Shown here piece after piece: positions 14,610 to 23,166 of a stretch of DNA of 32,040 nucleotides (position 1 is the first letter of the stretch; every line of letters begins with the position of its first letter). The DNA is from Flavobacteriales bacterium (GTDB taxonomy: Bacteria; Bacteroidota; Bacteroidia; Flavobacteriales_F; PHOS-HE28). The translations under genes were made by a program, and so were the position numbers. The stretch spans positions 1-32,040 of the forward strand of contig JBIJCH010000001.1 in the NCBI GenBank assembly GCA_044344815.1, given 5' to 3'. A model generated the notes under the pieces. That model saw only the letters and a list, made by a program, of their open reading frames with translations, was not told the origin of the DNA and made no database searches.

Positions 14610-15362
14610 ATGGGCCGCATCTTCGAGAAACGCAAGCACAAGATCTTCGCCCGCAACGCGAAGCTCAGCAAGCTCTTCACCCGCATCGGCAAGGAGATCG
14701 CCATGGCCGTGAAGGCCGGCGGCCCAAGCCCGGAGGCCAACACGCGCCTCCGCATGGCGATCCAGAACGCCCGCGGCGTGAACATGCCGAAGGACAACAT
14801 CGAGCGCGCCATCAAGAAGGCCGCCGGCGGGGGCGAGGCCGACTACCAGGAGGTGACCTACGAGGGCTACGCCACCGGCGGTGTGGCCGTGTTCGTGGAC
14901 GCGAGCACCAACAACGTGAACCGCACCGTGGGCAACGTGCGCAGCTACTTCAGCAAGTGCGAGAGCAACCTGGGCACCAACGGTTCGCTGGCCCACATCT
15001 TCGAGCGCAAGGGCGAGTTCGTGATCGAGAACGCCGCGCTCAAGGGTCGCGATGCCGATGAGTTCGAGATGGAGCTGATCGATGCCGGCGCCGATGATGT
15101 GGTGCGCGACGAGGAGGGCTTCACCGTCTATGTGCCCTTCCAGGGCTTCGGGGCCATGGCCCAGAAGCTCGAGCAGCTCGGGGTGGAGGCAAGGAGCGGC
15201 GAACTGAAGCGCTTCCCCCTGGTCACCGTGCCGGCCGACATCACCACGGCCCGCAACGTGATGCGCCTTGTGGACATGCTGGAGGAGGACGATGATGTGA
15301 ACGCGGTGTACCACAACATGGACCTCACCGAGGAGGTGGAGGCGGAACTGTCCAAGGGTTGA
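14610..15362 (+). CDS. YebC/PmpR-family DNA-binding transcriptional regulator
   Basis: The ORF track lists 13974-15362. A start at ATG 14610 gives MGRIFEKRKHKIFARNAKLSKLFTRIGKEIAMAVKAGGPSPEANTRLRMAIQNARGVNMPKDNIERAIKKA, a typical YebC N-terminus (250 aa). Confidence 0.9.
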   Translation: MGRIFEKRKHKIFARNAKLSKLFTRIGKEIAMAVKAGGPSPEANTRLRMAIQNARGVNMPKDNIERAIKKAAGGGEADYQEVTYEGYATGGVAVFVDASTNNVNRTVGNVRSYFSKCESNLGTNGSLAHIFERKGEFVIENAALKGRDADEFEMELIDAGADDVVRDEEGFTVYVPFQGFGAMAQKLEQLGVEARSGELKRFPLVTVPADITTARNVMRLVDMLEEDDDVNAVYHNMDLTEEVEAELSKG

Positions 15363-15368
15363 GGCCGC

Positions 15369-17285
15369 TCAGGCGGGCTTGAAGCGGATGTGGTAGGTGG
15401 TGCCCTTGGCGCCGGAATCCACCGTGACGAATCCGTTCAACTGCTCCACCAGGCCTTCGATGAGGCTGGTGCCCAGTGTGGCATCGTCCCCTCCCTGGCG
15501 CAACAGGTCCATGCCCACGCCGTCGTCCGCATAGAGCAGGTCAAGCTCCCCATCGGCCACGCGCCTGATGGTGAGCTCGATGCGGCCCTCGTGCCGCCCC
15601 TGGAAGGCGTGCTTGAAGGAATTGGTGATGAGCTCGTTGAGGATGAGCCCCAGGGGCACCATGGTGTTCAGGTCGAGCTGGAGCCCTGGCTCGATGTGCG
15701 TCTGATAGCGGATGGGGTCGCGCACGTTGAGCAGGCCCACCAGTTCGGCGAAGAGCTCCTGGAGGTATTGCGACACATTGAGCTGTGCGAGGTCATCGCC
15801 CTTGTACAGCCTCTCGTGGATCAGCGCCATGGAGGTCACGCGGCTCTGGGTCTGGTCGAAGGCCTGGCGCAGCTGCCTGTCCTCGATGGCGCTGCCCTGC
15901 AGGCGCAGCAGGCTGGCGATCACCTGCAGGTTGTTCTTCACCCGGTGGTGGATCTCCTGGATGAGCACGCGGATGCGGGCGTTGGCCTGTTCGAGCTTGT
16001 CCTTTTCGGCCTGGAGAGCGCGGTTCTGCTCGAGGTCGCGGGCACGGGCGGCCTTGAGGTTCTGCTGCATGCGGGCCAGGGAATGGCCCAGCACGTCCAC
16101 CTCCCCGCGCACGGACACGGGTGTGTCGTAGTTGCCTTTGCCGATGGCGTCCGCGCTGGCCGCCAGCCCGCGAATGTTGTCGATCATGCGGTTGAACGAC
16201 AGGGCCATCTGGCCCACCTCGTCCTGGCTGTTCACCGGCACATGGGCCCGCACATCGCCCTGGGCAAGGGCCGAGGCCGCCGTGGTGACCTCGTTCACCG
16301 TGTTGCGCACGCCCCGCATGATCACGTAGGTCATCAGGCCCACGGCGCCCACCACACCGATCAGGGCGGCGAGCACGATCAGCAGCCGCACCTCCGCATC
16401 GCGCTGGTTCGCCGTGGTGCTCGCGATGATGCGCTCGATGGAATAGGTCTCCACGCTGCCCAGCCGTGCGATGGCCTTCCCGCCGAGCGACCACCATTGG
16501 GCGGGAGGGGTGTGAAGGTCGCCGATGGACCGCTGCTCGAGGGCCGAACCGATGATCGTGCGCAGGTAGTTCACCTCCGGCCCCTGGAACGAGGCACGGA
16601 AGGCGGTGAGCACGTCGGAAGGCGCATCCCGCGCGAACAACAGTGTGCTCGTCTCGTACTGTGCGATCTGCTCGGTGAGCATCCCGAACGGACCGCGTCC
16701 GGCCAGGCTGTCGAGCGCCATGCGCACCACCTGCATGCGGATGTTCGTGAGGGCCTCCTTGGCCGAGAGCAGACTGAGGTGGGAGTACATCCGGTCCTTC
16801 GTCTCCGGGTCGAGCGCCAGCTTGCCCACGCGGCTGAGGTCGGCGAGCATACCAGTGCGCATCGCCCGGTAGGCCTGTTCGGCGTCCTCCGGAGCGATCC
16901 GGCGTCCGGCCACGCGTTCCCGCACCAGGCCGATCCCCTGCACCGCGTTCAGGGGACGCACCTCCCGGTCCATCATCAGCTCTTGGTCGTTGAGCGCGCG
17001 CAGGGCCGCATCGGTGCGGGCCTTCTGTGCCTCCAGCCGCACCGGGTTCATGTCCAATCCAAGCAGGTAGGCGAGCGCATGCCCCGATTCCTGCTGCAGC
17101 TCGCTCAACGCCGTGCTGAGCAGGCTGATGTTGCGGGATTGGACGTTGATGTAATTGAGCACATTGCGCCGCTTGATGCTGGAGTCGACCTGCTTGCCGA
17201 TGAGCAGCACCAGGCCCACCACGGGGATGCCGATGGTGATGAGGAACTTGGTGCGGACCGGCAGGTCGGCGAAGCGCCAGGACAT
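15369..17285 (-). CDS. Sensor histidine kinase: N-terminal NIT-like (nitrate/nitrite-sensing-type) domain between two TM helices, HAMP, HisKA_2-type phosphoacceptor, HATPase
   Basis: 638 aa. LSELQQESGHALAYLLG resembles the NIT signature. HAMP: VTTAASALAQGDVRAHVPVNSQDEVGQMALSFNRMIDNI. Phosphoacceptor: EIHHRVKNNLQVIASLLRLQ. ATPase: LILNELITNSFKHAF, DDGVGM. Confidence 0.8.
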   Translation of the reverse strand: MSWRFADLPVRTKFLITIGIPVVGLVLLIGKQVDSSIKRRNVLNYINVQSRNISLLSTALSELQQESGHALAYLLGLDMNPVRLEAQKARTDAALRALNDQELMMDREVRPLNAVQGIGLVRERVAGRRIAPEDAEQAYRAMRTGMLADLSRVGKLALDPETKDRMYSHLSLLSAKEALTNIRMQVVRMALDSLAGRGPFGMLTEQIAQYETSTLLFARDAPSDVLTAFRASFQGPEVNYLRTIIGSALEQRSIGDLHTPPAQWWSLGGKAIARLGSVETYSIERIIASTTANQRDAEVRLLIVLAALIGVVGAVGLMTYVIMRGVRNTVNEVTTAASALAQGDVRAHVPVNSQDEVGQMALSFNRMIDNIRGLAASADAIGKGNYDTPVSVRGEVDVLGHSLARMQQNLKAARARDLEQNRALQAEKDKLEQANARIRVLIQEIHHRVKNNLQVIASLLRLQGSAIEDRQLRQAFDQTQSRVTSMALIHERLYKGDDLAQLNVSQYLQELFAELVGLLNVRDPIRYQTHIEPGLQLDLNTMVPLGLILNELITNSFKHAFQGRHEGRIELTIRRVADGELDLLYADDGVGMDLLRQGGDDATLGTSLIEGLVEQLNGFVTVDSGAKGTTYHIRFKPA

Positions 17286-17340
17286 GATGGGCCAAGGTAG
17301 GAAAGCCGCAGGCCTCGCTAAGCCGCAGGGACGCGCAGGC

Positions 17341-17348
17341 TACATTTG
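17341..17348 (+). promoter_or_regulatory. Candidate -7 box TACATTTG upstream of the carboxyltransferase gene
   Basis: Exact TAnnTTTG, 21 nt upstream of ATG 17370. Confidence 0.45.
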
Positions 17349-17369
17349 GCCTCCCACGCAGAACGGAGC

Positions 17370-18917
17370 ATGGACAACAAGCAACGGACCGAGGAGCTTG
17401 GACGGCGGGTGCAGCAGGCACTTGAGGGCGGTGGCGCCGATCGCATCGCCGCACAGCACAAGAAGGGCAAGCTCACCGCCCGTGAACGCATCGACCTCCT
17501 GCTCGATGAGGGCAGCTTCCAGGAGATCGGCCAGCTCGTGACGCATCGCAGCAGCAACTTCGGCCTCGACCGGCAGGTGTTCCTGGGCGATGGCGTGGTC
17601 ACCGGTTACGGCACGATCGACGGCCGTTCGGTGTACGTCTTCAGTCAGGATTTCACCGTGCTGGGCGGCTCGCTCGCGGAGGCCCACGCGGAGAAGATCT
17701 GCCGCATCATGGACCTGGCCATGCAGAACGGCGCCCCGGTGATCGGCCTCAACGACAGCGGCGGGGCCCGCATCCAGGAGGGCGTGGTGAGCCTGGGCGG
17801 TTATGCGGACATCTTCTACCGGAACGTGCGCAGCAGCGGTGTCGTTCCGCAGATCAGCGCGATCATGGGGCCCTGCGCCGGCGGCGCCGTTTACAGTCCG
17901 GCGCTCACGGACTTCGTGCTCATGGTGGAGAACACCAGCTACATGTTCGTCACCGGTCCGAACGTGGTGAAGACCGTGACCCATGAGGAGGTTACGGCCG
18001 AGGAGCTTGGTGGCGCCTCCACCCACGCGAGCAAAAGCGGCGTGGCGCATTTCACCGCACCCAACGAGCTGGAGGCCATCCGCCACCTGCGCAAGCTGGT
18101 CTCCTATGTGCCCAGCAACTGCGAAGAGGAACCTCCGGCGCTGCCTTACACCCCGGGGGATGAGCACCGTCCCGAGCTGGACACCATCGTGCCGGACAAC
18201 CCCAACCAGCCCTACGACATCAGGCAGGTGATGAACGCGGTGATCGATCCGGGCAGCAGCATGGAGGTGCATGCGGACTACGCGCGGAACATGGTGATCG
18301 GCTTCGCCCGCATCGAGGGCCACACAGTGGGTTGCGTGGCCAACCAGCCGGCGGTGCTGGCCGGGGTGCTCGACATCGACGCCAGCACCAAGGCGGCGCG
18401 GTTCGTGCGTTTCTGCGATGCGTTCAACATCCCCCTGGTCGTCTTCGTGGACGTGCCCGGCTTCCTGCCGGGGACCGACCAGGAGTGGCGCGGGATCATC
18501 GACCACGGCGCCAAGCTGCTCTACGCGTTCAGCGAGGCCACCGTGCCGCGCATCACGGTGATCACCCGCAAAGCCTACGGTGGCGCGTACGACGTGATGA
18601 ACAGCAAGCACATCGGCTGCGACATGAACTTCGCCTGGCCCACGGCCGAGATCGCGGTGATGGGGGCCAAGGGTGCCGCCGAGATCATCTTCAAGAACGA
18701 GATCGCGAAGGCGGCCGATCCGCAGGCGAGGTGGCAGGAGAAGGAGGCCGAGTACAAGGAGCAGTTCGCCAACCCATACGAGGCCGCAGCACGCGGCTAT
18801 GTCGACGAGGTGATCCGCCCGGGCGAAACACGCATCAAGGTGATCCACGCGCTGCGGATGCTGCGCAACAAGGTGGAGAAGCTGCCGCGCAAGAAGCACG
18901 GCAACATCCCGTTGTGA
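17370..18917 (+). CDS. Acyl-CoA carboxylase beta subunit / carboxyltransferase (propionyl-CoA carboxylase beta or methylmalonyl-CoA carboxyltransferase type)
   Basis: The track starts at TTG 17346. ATG 17370 gives [10 protein letters not shown]... Motifs: [78 protein letters not shown] (515 aa). Confidence 0.9.
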   Translation: MDNKQRTEELGRRVQQALEGGGADRIAAQHKKGKLTARERIDLLLDEGSFQEIGQLVTHRSSNFGLDRQVFLGDGVVTGYGTIDGRSVYVFSQDFTVLGGSLAEAHAEKICRIMDLAMQNGAPVIGLNDSGGARIQEGVVSLGGYADIFYRNVRSSGVVPQISAIMGPCAGGAVYSPALTDFVLMVENTSYMFVTGPNVVKTVTHEEVTAEELGGASTHASKSGVAHFTAPNELEAIRHLRKLVSYVPSNCEEEPPALPYTPGDEHRPELDTIVPDNPNQPYDIRQVMNAVIDPGSSMEVHADYARNMVIGFARIEGHTVGCVANQPAVLAGVLDIDASTKAARFVRFCDAFNIPLVVFVDVPGFLPGTDQEWRGIIDHGAKLLYAFSEATVPRITVITRKAYGGAYDVMNSKHIGCDMNFAWPTAEIAVMGAKGAAEIIFKNEIAKAADPQARWQEKEAEYKEQFANPYEAAARGYVDEVIRPGETRIKVIHALRMLRNKVEKLPRKKHGNIPL

Positions 18918-19082
18918 GCGGCAGCGCCGGTCCGGGCCTGCCTTTCATGCGGTGCCACGCCGTCCGGGTGCCTGCCCGGAAGTGGGTGATGAAAGGCCCC
19001 GGCGGTGGCGGCCTCCGGTGTGGTCCCAGGCCAGGCCGGTGAACGTTCCGCCCTCGTGGGGTGTTCCTCCCCGTGGGAACCC

Positions 19083-19090
19083 TAATTTCG
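19083..19090 (+). promoter_or_regulatory. Candidate -7 box TAATTTCG upstream of the thioredoxin-fold gene
   Basis: 18 nt upstream of ATG 19109. Confidence 0.4.
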
Positions 19091-19108
19091 TGTCCCAACC
19101 ATAATCCC

Positions 19109-19741
19109 ATGTTCACCCGCCTTGCCCTTCTCGCAGCGACCGCCGCCATCGGCATCGCCGCCCATGATGAACTGCCCGACCTCCGTGTGGGCGACCCGCT
19201 GCCCAAGTCCGATGTGCGCATGATGGACGTGACCGGCAAGGAGATGAGCCTGAAGGATGTGGCCAAGAAGAACGGCGTGCTCGTGATCTTCAGCTGCAAC
19301 GCCTGCCCCTTCGTGGTGGGCAGCGATGGCAGTGAGGGCTGGGAGGGCCGCTACCCCGGGCTGGGCGAGCTCTGCCGCAAGAACAACATCGGGTTCGTGC
19401 TGGTGAACAGCAACGAGGCCAAGCGCGAGGCGGGCGATGGCCTGGCCGACATGCAGAAGCACTACAAGGAGAAGGGTTACAACAACTACTACGTGCTCGA
19501 CAAGGACCACGTGGTCGCCGATGGGTTCGGGGCGCGCACCACGCCGCACGTGTTCCTCTTCAACGGCGATCTGCGCCTGGCCTACAAGGGCGCCATCGAC
19601 GACAATGTGGACAATGCCAAGGAGGTGAAGGCCGCCTACCTGCGTGATGCGATCGCCGCGATGGTCGAAGGCCGCGAGATCGCCACGCCGGTGACCCGCA
19701 ACCTGGGCTGCAGCATCAAGCGCATGCCCCACAAGCACTAG
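19109..19741 (+). CDS. Secreted thioredoxin-fold (redoxin/AhpC-TSA-like) protein with CNAC active-site motif
   Basis: The ORF track lists 19061-19741. ATG 19109 gives the signal peptide MFTRLALLAATAAIGIAA. VLVIFSCNACPFV, GFVLVNSN, TPHVFLF (210 aa). Confidence 0.8.
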   Translation: MFTRLALLAATAAIGIAAHDELPDLRVGDPLPKSDVRMMDVTGKEMSLKDVAKKNGVLVIFSCNACPFVVGSDGSEGWEGRYPGLGELCRKNNIGFVLVNSNEAKREAGDGLADMQKHYKEKGYNNYYVLDKDHVVADGFGARTTPHVFLFNGDLRLAYKGAIDDNVDNAKEVKAAYLRDAIAAMVEGREIATPVTRNLGCSIKRMPHKH

Positions 19742-19762
19742 GGCCGCTCCGCAGCGCGCCTC

Positions 19763-19792
19763 AAGGCCGCATGGCGCACGCCGTGCGGCCTT
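19763..19792 (+). terminator. Intrinsic-terminator-like hairpin after the thioredoxin-fold gene
   Basis: AAGGCCGCA tggcgcacgccg TGCGGCCTT: perfect 9-bp stem, 12-nt loop, followed by GTTCATTTGTT. Confidence 0.55.
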
Positions 19793-19821
19793 GTTCATTT
19801 GTTGGAAACTTCGGGCCGTGC

Positions 19822-19837
19822 ACAGCACCGGTGCTGT
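19822..19837. promoter_or_regulatory. Perfect 16-bp palindrome ACAGCACCGGTGCTGT abutting the putative purD -7 box (candidate operator)
   Basis: Self-complementary by direct check. 25 nt separate it from purD ATG 19863. Confidence 0.3.
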
Positions 19838-19845
19838 TTCCTTTG
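19838..19845 (+). promoter_or_regulatory. Candidate -7 box variant TTCCTTTG upstream of purD
   Basis: One mismatch to TAnnTTTG. 17 nt upstream of ATG 19863. Confidence 0.3.
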
Positions 19846-19862
19846 CGGAAACGCGAGGCAGC

Positions 19863-21158
19863 ATGAACGTCCTGTTGGTCGGGAGCGGGGGCCGCGAGCA
19901 CGCGCTCGCCTGGAAGATCGCCCAAAGCTCATTGCTTGATGAGCTGTACATCACCCCCGGCAATCCCGGGATGCTGCGCCATGGCCGCGCTGTTCAGCTG
20001 GACCTGAAGGACCACCGGGCGCTGCGCGCGTTCCTGCTGGAGAAGCGCATCCGCATCGTGGTGGTGGGTCCCGAGGGTCCGCTGGTGGAGGGGCTCCATG
20101 ACCGCATCGCCGACGATCCCGAGCTACGGGGCAAGGTCACCGTCATCGGCCCGCGCCGGCAGGGGGCCATGCTCGAGGGCAGCAAGGACTTCGCCAAGGA
20201 GTTCATGCTGCGGCACAACATCCCCACCGCCGCGTTCCGGTCCTTCACCAAGGACCAGTTGAAGGAGGCGGTGGATCATCTCGACCGCATGACGCCGCCT
20301 TACGTCATCAAGGCGGACGGCCTCGCGGCCGGCAAGGGCGTGGTGATCACCTCGGACCGCAAGGAGGCCTCGGCCATCCTGAAGGACATGCTTTCATCCG
20401 GCCGCTTCGGCAAGGCCGGCGAGCGCGTGCTGCTTGAACAGCACCTGAGCGGGGTGGAGGTCTCGTCCTTCCTGATCACCGATGGGGAGTCGTTCAAGAT
20501 GCTGCCCTCGGCCAAGGATTACAAGCGCATCGGCGAGGGTGACACCGGCCCGAACACAGGCGGCATGGGTGCCGTGTCGCCCGTGCCGTTCGCGGACAAG
20601 GAGTTCATGCAGAAGGTGCACGACCGCGTGGCGGCCCCAACGATCCGCGGCCTGCGCGAGGAGGGGATCCCCTACCAGGGCTTCCTGTTCATGGGCCTGA
20701 TGAACGTGGGCGGTGAGCCCTACGTGATCGAGTACAATGTGCGCCTGGGCGATCCGGAGACGCAGGCCGTACTGCCGCGGTTGCGCAGCGACCTGCTTGA
20801 CCTGTTCGAGGGCATCGCCTCGGGCACGCTCAGCGAGCGCCATGTGGACGTGGACGACCGCACGGCCGCCACCGTGGTGCTCGCCGCCGAAGGCTACCCC
20901 GGTGAGCCGCGCAAGGGGGATCCCATCGGTGGTCTCGAGCTCGTCCGCGAGGCGCTGGTGTTCCACGCGGGGACGGTCCAACAGGGCGATGGCGTGGTCA
21001 CCAACGGTGGCCGTGTGCTGGTGCTCACCGCCTTCGGCAAGGATGTGGAGCAGGCGATCGCGAACGTGTACCGGTCGGTACCGCTGGTGGATTTCGCAGG
21101 CAAATACTTCCGCAGGGACATCGGGCGCGACCTGGTGCGCACCCCGCAGCAGGCCTGA
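19863..21158 (+). CDS. purD: Phosphoribosylamine--glycine ligase
   Basis: The track starts at 19791. ATG 19863 gives MNVLLVGSGGREHALAWKIAQS. Also VIKADGLAAGKGV, GPNTGGMGA, IEYNVRLGDPE (431 aa). Confidence 0.95.
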   Translation: MNVLLVGSGGREHALAWKIAQSSLLDELYITPGNPGMLRHGRAVQLDLKDHRALRAFLLEKRIRIVVVGPEGPLVEGLHDRIADDPELRGKVTVIGPRRQGAMLEGSKDFAKEFMLRHNIPTAAFRSFTKDQLKEAVDHLDRMTPPYVIKADGLAAGKGVVITSDRKEASAILKDMLSSGRFGKAGERVLLEQHLSGVEVSSFLITDGESFKMLPSAKDYKRIGEGDTGPNTGGMGAVSPVPFADKEFMQKVHDRVAAPTIRGLREEGIPYQGFLFMGLMNVGGEPYVIEYNVRLGDPETQAVLPRLRSDLLDLFEGIASGTLSERHVDVDDRTAATVVLAAEGYPGEPRKGDPIGGLELVREALVFHAGTVQQGDGVVTNGGRVLVLTAFGKDVEQAIANVYRSVPLVDFAGKYFRRDIGRDLVRTPQQA

Positions 21159-21176
21159 GACCCGCTACCCGAAGGA

Positions 21177-21359
21177 TCAGAGATGACCGCCCTTCTGCTT
21201 GGCCGCGCGGTTGTATCGGCCCTGGAGCATGAGCCAGTAGACCGCACCGAAGGCCAGCACAAGGCTGAAGATCACCACCGGTGCCCAGCCGAACGGCGTG
21301 AGCACCCAATCGAACAGCTTCTGCATGAAGTGTCCGATACCGTACCAGAACTTGGTCAT
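21177..21359 (-). CDS. Small (60 aa) membrane protein of unknown function
   Basis: The ORF track lists 21177-21524. ATG 21359 gives MTKFWYGIGHFMQKLFDWVLTPFGWAPVVIFSLVLAFGAVYWLMLQGRYNRAAKQKGGHL: one clear TM helix and a basic tail. An exact -7 box lies 23 nt upstream. Confidence 0.6.
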   Translation of the reverse strand: MTKFWYGIGHFMQKLFDWVLTPFGWAPVVIFSLVLAFGAVYWLMLQGRYNRAAKQKGGHL

Positions 21360-21382
21360 CGCTTGGTTGGCTTGAGGCCGGG

Positions 21383-21390
21383 CAAAGATA
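21383..21390 (-). promoter_or_regulatory. Candidate -7 box TATCTTTG (minus strand) for the 60-aa membrane protein gene
   Basis: Exact TAnnTTTG, 23 nt upstream of ATG 21359. Confidence 0.45.
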
Positions 21391-21428
21391 GACGCATCCA
21401 CCGACCGTCGATGACCCGATCCTGAACC

Positions 21429-22415
21429 ATGTTGGTGCGCCTGTTCCGACAGAACCAGCCGGCCGTGCTGCTGCTGCTGCCGCTGCTGGTGCTTCTGCTG
21501 TGGCCGGGCACCGCGCTCGACCATCCCGCCGGTGCCGTGCGGATGCGCGATGGCATGCCGCTATACGGGCTGCTTCAGGGCCTGTGGTCGATGCCGATGG
21601 CCTTGCAGGGCCTGGTGGGCGGGCTGCTCGTGCTGGCCACGGCCTTGCTGGTGGACCGGGTGGCGGGTGGCGCCGAGCTGTACGACAGGCCGAACCACCT
21701 GCCCGCCCTGCTGTTGGTGCTCCTGCTGGCCGTGGGGCCTGGCGCCCTTTGGCCCGACCCCGCCCTGCTGGGCATGCCCTGGGTGGTGTGGGCGCTGGCC
21801 CGCACCTGGAGCGTGCAGGGCCGCTCACACGTGCTCGGCGTGCTCTTCGATGCCGGCCTGTTGCTGGGCATCGCTGCCCTGTGGTACGTCCCCTATGTCT
21901 TCCTCATCGTCGTTGTCTGGGCCTCGGTTTCGGTGATGCGACCCTTCCATTGGCGCGAACATGTGCTGCCGCTGCTGGGCATGGCGGTGGTGCTCTTCCT
22001 GTGCTGGGCGGTGCTGAAGGTGTCCGGCGCGGCCGAGTGGCAACCCTTGCGCACCGCCGTCGACGCCACGGCGAAGGGGCGGGCCATGGTGCTATCCGGC
22101 GTGCGCAACGGCATCCTGCTCGCCGTGCTGGTGCCGCTCGTGCTGGTCTCCCTGGTCGCGTTCGCAGGGCTCTATGGCCGCAGCATCATGCGCGAGAAGA
22201 ACGTGCGCTCCTCCTTCCTGGCGCTCACCCTGGCCCTGGGCATCCTCATGGCCTTCGAGTGGCTGCTGAACCGCACCTTCCCGGGGGTGCTGCTGGCGGT
22301 GCCCATGGCCCTGTTGTGCGGGCACGGCCTGTTGCGCACGCGGCGCCTCTGGCTGGCCGAGCTGGCGGTGGCCTTGCTGCTGGGCATCGCGCTCTGGACC
22401 CGCTGGGTCCCCTGA
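21429..22415 (+). CDS. Polytopic integral membrane protein of unknown function
   Basis: 328 aa, about 8-9 hydrophobic segments (LLLLPLLVLLLWPG, LVGGLLVLATALLV, LLLVLLLAVGPGALW, FLIVVVWASVSVM, LLGMAVVLFLCWAVL, ILLAVLVPLVLVSLVAFAGL...). Divergent from the 60-aa membrane protein gene. Confidence 0.7.
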   Translation: MLVRLFRQNQPAVLLLLPLLVLLLWPGTALDHPAGAVRMRDGMPLYGLLQGLWSMPMALQGLVGGLLVLATALLVDRVAGGAELYDRPNHLPALLLVLLLAVGPGALWPDPALLGMPWVVWALARTWSVQGRSHVLGVLFDAGLLLGIAALWYVPYVFLIVVVWASVSVMRPFHWREHVLPLLGMAVVLFLCWAVLKVSGAAEWQPLRTAVDATAKGRAMVLSGVRNGILLAVLVPLVLVSLVAFAGLYGRSIMREKNVRSSFLALTLALGILMAFEWLLNRTFPGVLLAVPMALLCGHGLLRTRRLWLAELAVALLLGIALWTRWVP

Positions 22416-22428
22416 CCGTCCGCAGCCG

Positions 22429-22436
22429 TACTTTCG
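22429..22436 (+). promoter_or_regulatory. Candidate -7 box TACTTTCG upstream of purQ
   Basis: 40 nt upstream of ATG 22477. Confidence 0.35.
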
Positions 22437-22476
22437 CGGCACCGAGGGTCACGTCCTTTCGTACCCGAGGCCCTGC

Positions 22477-23166
22477 ATGAAGTTCGGAGTGGTCACGTTC
22501 CCCGGGTCGAACTGCGACGAGGATATGCTGCATGTGCTGGAGGCCCTCACCGGCCGGCCCGCCGAGCGGCTGTGGCACAAGGACCACGACCTGAAGGGCG
22601 TGGACATGGTGGTGCTGCCCGGTGGGTTCTCCTACGGGGATTACCTGCGCTCGGGCGCCATCGCGCGGTTCTCGCCCATCATGCAGGAGGTCGTCGCGCA
22701 CGCCAAGCGCGGCGGTCCCGTGTTCGGGGTGTGCAATGGGTTCCAGGTGCTCTGCGAGGCGGGTCTCGTGCCCGGCGCGCTCCTGCACAACGAGGGACAG
22801 AAGTTCGTGTGCCGGAACGTCCACGTCCGTCCGCAGACGCGCACCACGATACTCACCGCGGGGCTGAAGGACGTGCCGCACCGCATCCCCATCGCCCACG
22901 GCGAGGGCCGCTACCATGCGGATGAGGACACCCTCAAGCGCCTCGACGATGGCGACCAGGTGCTGTTCCGCTATTGCGACAAGGACGGCCGCATGACCGA
23001 GGCCTCGAACCCCAACGGCAGCTTGGAGAACATCGCCGGGGTATGCAACGAGGGCCGCAACGTGTTCGGCATGATGCCCCATCCCGAGCGTGCCGCAGAT
23101 GAACGCCTGGGCAATACCGACGGCCGCGCGCTGTTCATGTCACTGCTGCAGGCCGTCGTCGCCTGA
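22477..23166 (+). CDS. purQ: Phosphoribosylformylglycinamidine synthase subunit I (glutamine amidotransferase)
   Basis: MKFGVVTFPGSNCDEDM, VLPGGFSYGDYLR, GVCNGFQVL, MMPHPER (229 aa). Confidence 0.93.
   Translation: MKFGVVTFPGSNCDEDMLHVLEALTGRPAERLWHKDHDLKGVDMVVLPGGFSYGDYLRSGAIARFSPIMQEVVAHAKRGGPVFGVCNGFQVLCEAGLVPGALLHNEGQKFVCRNVHVRPQTRTTILTAGLKDVPHRIPIAHGEGRYHADEDTLKRLDDGDQVLFRYCDKDGRMTEASNPNGSLENIAGVCNEGRNVFGMMPHPERAADERLGNTDGRALFMSLLQAVVA

Noticed and set aside
17370-18917. An orphan carboxyltransferase beta subunit as an unusual system
   Set aside because: Biotin carboxylase/BCCP partners are commonly encoded elsewhere in the genome, so nothing in the sequence is anomalous.
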